NCBI GenBank assembly: GCA_900753315.1
Contig: CAADYP010000018.1
Coordinates: forward strand, 43,497 to 107,496
Length of the DNA stretch: 64,000 nucleotides
Direction: 5' to 3'
DNA from: Clostridia bacterium
GTDB lineage: Bacteria > Bacillota > Clostridia > Christensenellales > UBA1242
Of this stretch, positions 54,098 through 60,235 are shown piece by piece. Numbering within the stretch: the first letter of the stretch is position 1; each line of letters begins with the position of its first letter. Under the pieces are notes generated by a model. It saw only the letters and a list, made by a program, of their open reading frames with translations, was not told where the DNA came from and did not search any database. The position numbers and the translations under genes are program-made.

Positions 54098-54316
54098 TTA
54101 TTTGCAGCCGTTGTTGCAACCGCAACCAAAGTTTGAGAGCAAAATCAAGAACAAGATAGTTCCGCAATCAATGCAGATCTCTCCGCCTTTCATTCCGCCA
54201 CATCCACCGCAGTTTTGTAACAGCAAAAGCAAGAAGATAAGAGAGCAGCAATCCATTCCATTGCCACCGCATTCTCTGCCGACATCGCCACAATTAGAGC
54301 CTCCAAAAAAGTTCAT
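54098..54316 (-). CDS. Cys/Gly-rich tiny membrane protein (YjcZ-family-like, duplicated module)
   Basis: 72 aa with RBS TAGGAGGCA. Two modules each pair a [CG]-rich segment with a hydrophobic LIFLLLLL or ILFLILL core, in the style of the YjcZ / tiny-TM sporulation-protein family. Confidence 0.55.
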   Translation of the reverse strand: MNFFGGSNCGDVGRECGGNGMDCCSLIFLLLLLQNCGGCGGMKGGEICIDCGTILFLILLSNFGCGCNNGCK

Positions 54317-54553
54317 TTGTGCCTCCTATAATTTATCTTTATGTACGACTTTTCTGTGCAAAACTCTTGCACATTAACAATGTATTAAACTGCAAATAAA
54401 AATGTTACAATCTGCATTTTTCGACAAAATCTTTGATAAAAATTGCTTTTTTGGCACATAATATGGACATGCAAAAAAATCTTTTGCAAAATGAAGAAAA
54501 CAGTTGACTTTTTACCCCTCCAATATGGTAAAATTTCGACAAGGAGGGAAAAT

Positions 54554-55120
54554 ATGAAAAAATTTCTTACAATTATGGCTAGTTTAGTAATGGTGCTTGT
54601 TGGCGGAGTTGCCCTTGCAGCATGTGGTGCAAAACCACTCTACAACATCAGCTTTGGCGGGAATATTGAAGGCGAGAAATACAGCGTAGCAGCTACAACA
54701 TGGGAAAAATCTGAAGAAAAGGGCTTTGAAGCGGTTTACACACTTAAAGGTAATGTCGCTTATGACAAAGCTACAGCAGACGCTCTTGGTTATTCAGATG
54801 GCAGATGCCACTTTGCTCTTATCAGATTCACATCAAACGAATTGGATAGAGTCGCTTACAATGAAGCAGATGGCACAGGTTTCTATGCAAAAATCACAAA
54901 CTTCTATGGCACAGAAAACGCAACTGAAACAATTAAGCACGGTGGTTTCTCTTCAGGAAATGAAGAAACAAAAAAGACAACTTACTTCTTGTACCAAGGA
55001 GTTGATAACACAGTAAGAACTCTTACTATTGAAATCAGCTTTGATGGAACAGAAAAAAATGCTCGTCTTTACAAGTTTGTTATTGATCCTGCAAACTACA
55101 CATTGCTTGATGCTGAATAA
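54554..55120 (+). CDS. Lipoprotein (188 aa), function unknown
   Basis: ORF trimmed to the ATG at 54554 (RBS AAGGAGGGAAAA). Signal peptide MKKFLTIMASLVMVLVGGVALAAC has the canonical lipobox LAAC. Confidence 0.7.
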   Translation: MKKFLTIMASLVMVLVGGVALAACGAKPLYNISFGGNIEGEKYSVAATTWEKSEEKGFEAVYTLKGNVAYDKATADALGYSDGRCHFALIRFTSNELDRVAYNEADGTGFYAKITNFYGTENATETIKHGGFSSGNEETKKTTYFLYQGVDNTVRTLTIEISFDGTEKNARLYKFVIDPANYTLLDAE

Positions 55121-55138
55121 TTGACGATAAAATAAAAA

Positions 55139-55169
55139 AGGCATATCAACAGATATGTCTTTTTTTTGT
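55139..55169. terminator. Bidirectional terminator
   Basis: GGCATATC-aaca-GATATGTC with a flanking A-run and T8. Confidence 0.7.
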
Positions 55170-55217
55170 TGTTTATTTTTTTACATTAACTATGTTTGAT
55201 GTAAAATTTGGTAAAAA

Positions 55218-56006
55218 CTATCTATTTTTGTAAGTCTTTTTAAACTTTTGTTGTCTTTCCCAAATTGACATAACCCATTTGTGAGGCAGAAGTTTTACCA
55301 TTGCTGTTTGTGCTTTTGAAATAAAACCATATAAAACAACATCTTTGCGTTTCATTGCTCCTTTCATCGCTCTCTTGATGACTTTTTCTGGGTCATACAT
55401 AGCAACATACTTTGTGATGACTTTTTGTTTTGCATTTGTATTTGTTGCTCTGTCAAAGAATTTTGTTTTTGTCCAATATGGGCAAAGGCAAGTTACGCTG
55501 ATTTTTTTTGATTTGAGTTCTCTGTTCAATGCACGAGAATATGAAAGCACATATGCTTTGCTTGCACCATAAACGCCGATGTATGGAATAGGTTGGAATG
55601 CGGCGATAGAACCAAACTCAACAATTCTTCCGCCAGCTGGCATATATGGAATTGTCAAAAGTGTAAGATGTGTGAGTGCTTTGCAGTTTAGGTCAATCAT
55701 TCCAAGTTGGTCTTCAATAGAGATTTCGTCATATCGACCAAATTTGCCATAGCCACTTGCATTGATAAGCCATTCTACAGCAACATCTTCTTTTTTTAGT
55801 TCGGCATCCAAAATTTTGAAACTCTCGTCTTTTGTCAAATCCAAAGAGATATATTTGAATGGGGTTTTCATGTGTTGAGCGGTTTCTGTTGCTTCGTCAT
55901 TGAGAGCAACACCCCAAACTTCGTCAAGTCCAAGTTTGTCAATTTCATAGCAAAACCTTTGTCCCATGCCTGATGAAGCACCTGTTATTATTGCAATTTT
56001 TTTCAT
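55218..56006 (-). CDS. Short-chain dehydrogenase/reductase (SDR)
   Basis: ORF trimmed to the ATG at 56006 (RBS TGGAGGACA). Cofactor motif ITGASSGMGQ and catalytic YGASKAYV. Confidence 0.9.
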   Translation of the reverse strand: MKKIAIITGASSGMGQRFCYEIDKLGLDEVWGVALNDEATETAQHMKTPFKYISLDLTKDESFKILDAELKKEDVAVEWLINASGYGKFGRYDEISIEDQLGMIDLNCKALTHLTLLTIPYMPAGGRIVEFGSIAAFQPIPYIGVYGASKAYVLSYSRALNRELKSKKISVTCLCPYWTKTKFFDRATNTNAKQKVITKYVAMYDPEKVIKRAMKGAMKRKDVVLYGFISKAQTAMVKLLPHKWVMSIWERQQKFKKTYKNR

Positions 56007-56138
56007 TTTATTGTCCTCCAATTTTTTCACAAAATGTTTTGTTTTTGTTTTATGATTTGTTTTCGATTATATTTTAACACTTTTCTTCATTTTTTAGCAA
56101 AGAAAATGCTAGAAAATTATGTTAATTTCTTTTGTTCG

Positions 56139-56168
56139 TTGACTTTTAAATTTTGTTTTTGATATAAT
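56139..56168 (+). promoter_or_regulatory. Candidate sigma-A promoter of the SPFH/ESCRT-III/Vps4-like operon
   Basis: TTGACT (56139-56144), 18-bp spacer, TG-extended TATAAT (56163-56168), ~45 nt upstream of the GTG start at 56211. Confidence 0.55.
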
Positions 56169-56210
56169 CAAATTGAAGAATTCTATCTTCATTTTTTAGA
56201 AGAGGTTTTT

Positions 56211-57050
56211 GTGGAACAAAATTTTATCACTTTTACTGGAGATAACAACCAATTATTCTCAAAATATGCTGTTGAAAATTTGAATCCAAAACTGACACTT
56301 ATTGTGCCAGAAACTCACAATGCGATTTTGATTAAAGACGGTCAAATGCTTCAAACTCTTTCGTCTGGGAGATATCTTATCAGTCAATTTGTTGATTTGA
56401 AAACCGAACTCGACTCGTCTATTGAAGTGCTTTTTATGTCAAAGACAGCGAAACTTAAGCTTCTTTGGGGAACTGCTTCAAAATTTTTGATGTATGACAA
56501 TTTGTTGCAAGAAAACTATCGTGTTGGCATGAGTGGTGATTTTGAAGTGCAGATTGGAGACCCAAGAAAGTGTTATCTTTATCTTGTCGGTGCGGCACAA
56601 GACTTGACGGCCGATGGGTTGCAAGAAAGACTCATGTCAAATGTTGTGTCTGTTCTTGAAGGTGTCGTTGTGGAGTATATAAACGAAAACAATGTTTTGT
56701 TCAATCAAATTGCATTGTGCAAAAAAGAAATTTCCACAAAAGCTCTTGGCAAATTAAGCCAAAAGATGATGAATGAATATGGTATTGCTGTTTTTTCTTT
56801 CAATATTGCAAACATTATTATTGAAAGCGAAGATTACAAAAAATTGGTAGATGCTTATAAGCAAATCAAAAAGACTGAAAGTTTTGTTTGCAGACATTGT
56901 GGAGCGGTTTTAAAAGAAAATGACAAATTCTGCTCAACATGTGGAAAGCCTGTTGAAATGGCGAAAAAGTGCCCAAAATGTTTTGCAGAAAATGCAGAAG
57001 ATGCAAAGTTCTGCTCTTCTTGCGGTTACAGATTGGTTAAGGAGGGGTAA
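56211..57050 (+). CDS. SPFH/Band-7-like domain protein with a C-terminal double zinc ribbon (B. subtilis YdjI-like architecture)
   Basis: 279 aa with a GTG start. The N-terminal ~220 aa follow the pattern of the SPFH (Band_7_1) family (LIVPETHNAILIKDGQMLQTLSSGRYLI ... YRVGMSGDFEVQIGDPRK ...). The C-terminus has two CxxC-x10-12-CxxC ribbons (CRHCGAVLKENDKFCSTCG; CPKCFAENAEDAKFCSSCG). Confidence 0.7.
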   Translation: MEQNFITFTGDNNQLFSKYAVENLNPKLTLIVPETHNAILIKDGQMLQTLSSGRYLISQFVDLKTELDSSIEVLFMSKTAKLKLLWGTASKFLMYDNLLQENYRVGMSGDFEVQIGDPRKCYLYLVGAAQDLTADGLQERLMSNVVSVLEGVVVEYINENNVLFNQIALCKKEISTKALGKLSQKMMNEYGIAVFSFNIANIIIESEDYKKLVDAYKQIKKTESFVCRHCGAVLKENDKFCSTCGKPVEMAKKCPKCFAENAEDAKFCSSCGYRLVKEG

Positions 57051-57051
57051 A

Positions 57052-57456
57052 ATGATAGCTTTATACATCATTATTCTGCTTGCAATAATTGGTTTTGCAG
57101 TGTTTTACATTTGCAAGGAATACATAAAAAAGCCTGACGCTCAAGAAGGTGGAAGCAGAGGAGTTTTGAAAAATAAAAAATCCATTGAAAATATGGTTGC
57201 AAATGTTGAGAGTATTTTGGTTTATGCAAATGGAAACGATGCTCTTTGTCGCAGACTTGTGGAAGTGAAAGACAACATTAGATTTTTCAATCCTACAACA
57301 AATCAAAAAGTGCTTTTGGTGGACACAAAAATTGCAAACAAACTTGATGATTTGAAAATTTTGGTTGCAAAAGACAACACACAAGAAACATGTTTCAGAG
57401 TTTTGGAAGAAGTGGAAGCTTATATCGTCCAAAGAAAAAAAGATGAGAGGGATTGA
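57052..57456 (+). CDS. Single-pass membrane protein (134 aa), unknown function
   Basis: ATG at 57052, 1 nt after the upstream stop, with RBS AAGGAGGGG. N-terminal TM helix MIALYIIILLAIIGFAVFYI followed by a ~105-aa soluble domain. Confidence 0.55.
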   Translation: MIALYIIILLAIIGFAVFYICKEYIKKPDAQEGGSRGVLKNKKSIENMVANVESILVYANGNDALCRRLVEVKDNIRFFNPTTNQKVLLVDTKIANKLDDLKILVAKDNTQETCFRVLEEVEAYIVQRKKDERD

Positions 57457-57815
57457 TGAAAAGAACTTACCAAACATCAAAAAACTTGCCAGAAAGCGAA
57501 GTTGTCAAAGTTTTGAAAGAACTTAAATTGGGATATCTAAACTTAAGTGATGGCATGTTTGAACAAGCAAAAATGAATTTTCTGCTTGCATTGCAATTTG
57601 ATAGCAAATGTTCCGATGCTTATTGGGGACTAATGCTTGTGAAATTTCAAATTACAAACGAAGATGAATTGTTTGCAAATCCAGTGACTTACAAGAGTGC
57701 AATTTATTTGCCAGAATGTGAAAATGCACTGCAGTTTGCAGATGAGACACAAAAGAAAATTTATGATGGACTTTTGGAGAGAATATACAAAATAAACGAA
57801 GGGGACAATTATTAA
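57456..57815 (+). CDS. Small TPR-like protein (119 aa)
   Basis: The ATG overlaps the upstream TGA (TGATG). The motif FEQAKMNFLLALQFDSKCSDAYWGLMLVKFQITNEDELF recurs three times in the large protein at 60236. Confidence 0.5.
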   Translation: MKRTYQTSKNLPESEVVKVLKELKLGYLNLSDGMFEQAKMNFLLALQFDSKCSDAYWGLMLVKFQITNEDELFANPVTYKSAIYLPECENALQFADETQKKIYDGLLERIYKINEGDNY

Positions 57816-57842
57816 GATTGTCAAAATTAAGGAGAAAGTGCT

Positions 57843-58454
57843 ATGTGGTGGCCATTTAAAAGAAACAAATTCAAAAATTTAAACAGAGAAGATTTGGTAA
57901 ATTCTATCTGTGAACTTGAAAGACAAGAACGCACAGTGGAAGCGGAAGTTTATCAAAAAATCAAAGAGATAGATGCTTTGATGGAAAAAGGCAAACATGA
58001 AAAAAACAAAGAACTTCAACTTTTTTATGCGAAAAAGATAAGTCATTTAAACGAAGAAAAACAAGTTTGCATGGAAAGAGGAATGTATTTGCTCTACAAC
58101 ATTAGACTTATGAACAAACTTAAAGATGCGTATGACAGCAACACTTTCTTTAAGACTCAAACAAAAGTGCCTTTGAGTGAATTGTTGCAAGACCAGAAAA
58201 GATTGGCAAAGTTTTTGAACAAAGCACTTGAAACTCGAATTGCATCAGAAGATGTGCTTACAAGTGCGGACGAATTGTTTACGGAAGTTCAATCAGCATA
58301 TGATGTCAGCCAACCAATTTACGGCATTGGCAAAAACGAAGAAGAAATTTTGACAATGTTTGAAAAAGAAAATCAGTTGAACGACGAACAAGAACTTCTG
58401 GAAGAAAAGCAATCACAACCAAGCAAAAAGAAAAAAATGAAGATGGAGGAATAA
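57843..58454 (+). CDS. ESCRT-III/Snf7-superfamily-like coiled-coil protein, divergent paralog 1
   Basis: 203 aa with RBS AAGGAGAAAG. It has an aromatic/basic N-terminus (MWWPFKRNKFK), a long predicted helical hairpin (REDLVNSICELERQERTVEAEVYQKIKEIDALMEKGK / ELQLFYAKKISHLNEEKQVCMERGMYLLYNIRLMNKLKDA) and an acidic C-terminal region ending in a basic patch. Confidence 0.5.
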   Translation: MWWPFKRNKFKNLNREDLVNSICELERQERTVEAEVYQKIKEIDALMEKGKHEKNKELQLFYAKKISHLNEEKQVCMERGMYLLYNIRLMNKLKDAYDSNTFFKTQTKVPLSELLQDQKRLAKFLNKALETRIASEDVLTSADELFTEVQSAYDVSQPIYGIGKNEEEILTMFEKENQLNDEQELLEEKQSQPSKKKKMKMEE

Positions 58455-58457
58455 AAA

Positions 58458-59057
58458 ATGGCATGGTTTAAATCAAAACAACAAAAAGAAATTGAAAAGA
58501 AGATGTTGATAAAAAGAACAATCAACACAATGAACAAACAAATCAATCGTTTGGAAGACCAAAAGCAAGTGTTTATTGATGCTGCAAAGAGAGCAAAACT
58601 CAAAGGACTTGATGCACAATTCAATTTGGCGCTTTCTGGTTACAAGATGACAGTTCAACAACAAAAGCGTGCACAAGAAATGCTTTTAAACTTTGAAATC
58701 ACCGCACAAATGAAAGATGTGACAATGATGACAGGTGAGTTTTTGCGTGGGATGAGTGACATTTCAAAAGAAATGACAAAACTTGCAGATGCAAAAGAAT
58801 TTGCTAAAATTCAATCTCAATTTGAACAAGCAATGGCAGCCGTAGAAACACAAACTGACCAAATGGACAACTTTATGGAAATGAGTCAAGAAACATTCTA
58901 TGCCGCTGGGAAAGACAAAAGTGGCAAGCAAATGAGCGACGAAGAACTTGAAAAGTTTATTATGGAACAAGCGTCACAAGACGAACTTTCAAGTGAGAAC
59001 ATTGATAAAGAAATGGAAGAAGTAAGAAAAAAAATCGAATCTGAAACAAAAGAATAA
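58458..59057 (+). CDS. ESCRT-III (Snf7/CHMP family)-like protein, paralog 2 (closest by eye to the CHMP1/CHMP2-Vps2 type)
   Basis: 199 aa with RBS GGAGGAATA. By-eye alignment to eukaryotic CHMPs: KQINRLEDQKQVFIDAAKRAKLKGLDAQFNLALSGYKMTVQQQKRAQEM parallels ..RELDRERQKLETQEKKIIADIKKMAKQGQMDAVRIMAKDLVRTRRYVRKF. EFAKIQSQFEQAMAAVETQTDQMDNFM parallels CHMP1B KISALMDKFEHQFETLDVQTQQMEDTM. It has an acidic C-terminus with a terminal amphipathic helix. Confidence 0.72.
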   Translation: MAWFKSKQQKEIEKKMLIKRTINTMNKQINRLEDQKQVFIDAAKRAKLKGLDAQFNLALSGYKMTVQQQKRAQEMLLNFEITAQMKDVTMMTGEFLRGMSDISKEMTKLADAKEFAKIQSQFEQAMAAVETQTDQMDNFMEMSQETFYAAGKDKSGKQMSDEELEKFIMEQASQDELSSENIDKEMEEVRKKIESETKE

Positions 59058-59078
59058 AAATCAGCCGTAGGGGAAGAT

Positions 59079-60227
59079 ATGGAACAAAACATAAATGTCT
59101 TGTCAGACACCTTCAATCTTTATATGAAAAAAGGGAAGGAAGCAAAAGCGAAAGGCAATATTACTCTAGCAAAGAGGAATTTTTTGCTCGCCAGTGAGAC
59201 AATGATGCAAATGGCAAAACTCAGTCAAGGCAAGCTTAAAGAAGTCCGCATGGACAGAGCAAGAGGACTTGTTGAGATAGCAGAAAATTTGAATAAACGG
59301 CCTGAAAAAGTCACAAAGAAAAACGATGGTGACAATGCAAAAAATGAAGAAGATGAAGATGTCAAAAAATGGCAGACAGCAAAAGTTCCAAATATAAAAT
59401 TTAGTGATGTTGCAGGACTTGAAGATGTCAAAAAAGCAATCACCATAAGAATGATAAATCCAATCAAATATCCTGACAAATACAAAATGTATGGCAAAAA
59501 GACTGGCGGTGGGGTGCTTTTATATGGACCTCCAGGAACAGGAAAAACTATGATTGCAAAAGCGATTGCAAATGAAGTTGGAGCAAAATTCTATGCAGTC
59601 AAAGGATCTGACATTGTCAGCAAATGGGTGGGTGATAGCGAGAAAAACATCAATTCTTTGTTTGAAGAAGCAAACAAGCAGGATAGAGCAATCATATTTA
59701 TTGACGAAATGGACAGCCTTATTGGAAAGCGTGGGGTTGACACTCACAACGACAAGAGGGTAAACGAATTCTTGCAACAAATTGACGGCTTTGCTGGAAG
59801 AAATCCAAACTTATTGCTCCTTGGTGCAACAAACAGACCATGGGATATCGACAGTGCAGCAATGCGTTCGGGCAGATTTTCACAAAAAATTTATTTGCCC
59901 TTGCCAGATGCACCTGCAAGAAAATTTATGATAGAAAAAAATATGAAAGGTGTGCCAGTTGCACCTGATTTTGATATAGACAAAATTGTGGCAGAAACTG
60001 AGATGTATAGTGGTGCTGACCTTGACGAACTTTGTGACAGAGCAAAGGACGAGCCGTTGCTTAAAGCGATTGCTACGGACAGCATTATTTTGGTTACAAA
60101 TCAAGACTTTGACAATGTCTTGGAGAAAATGCCACCAAGTGTTACGAAAAGTGAATTGAAACTGTTTGATGATTACAATCAAGAAATCAACAGTTATGCA
60201 AAGAAACCTAAAACAGAGAAAAAGTAG
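59079..60227 (+). CDS. Vps4-like AAA+ ATPase (meiotic clade) with an N-terminal MIT-like domain
   Basis: 382 aa. The N-terminal three-helix region KGKEAKAKGNITLAKRNFLLASETMMQMAKLSQGKLKEVRMDRARGLVEIAENL resembles the MIT domain. Walker A GPPGTGKT. Pore loop SKWVGDSEK (Vps4 SKW[LM]GESEK). Walker B IIFIDEMD. LLLGATNRPWDIDSAAMRSGRFSQKIYLPLPD compares with Vps4 [29 protein letters not shown]. C-terminal helix PSVTKSELKLFDDYNQEI compares with spastin SVSPQTLEAYIRWNKDFG. Confidence 0.82.
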   Translation: MEQNINVLSDTFNLYMKKGKEAKAKGNITLAKRNFLLASETMMQMAKLSQGKLKEVRMDRARGLVEIAENLNKRPEKVTKKNDGDNAKNEEDEDVKKWQTAKVPNIKFSDVAGLEDVKKAITIRMINPIKYPDKYKMYGKKTGGGVLLYGPPGTGKTMIAKAIANEVGAKFYAVKGSDIVSKWVGDSEKNINSLFEEANKQDRAIIFIDEMDSLIGKRGVDTHNDKRVNEFLQQIDGFAGRNPNLLLLGATNRPWDIDSAAMRSGRFSQKIYLPLPDAPARKFMIEKNMKGVPVAPDFDIDKIVAETEMYSGADLDELCDRAKDEPLLKAIATDSIILVTNQDFDNVLEKMPPSVTKSELKLFDDYNQEINSYAKKPKTEKK

Positions 60228-60235
60228 GATAATTG

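Noticed and set aside
54087-54377. Listed 96-aa Pro/Gln-rich plus-strand ORF
   Set aside because: It is the antisense shadow of the Cys/Gly-rich gene (GGN/TGC codons read as CCN/GCA on the other strand). It has no RBS, whereas the minus-strand gene has TAGGAGG.
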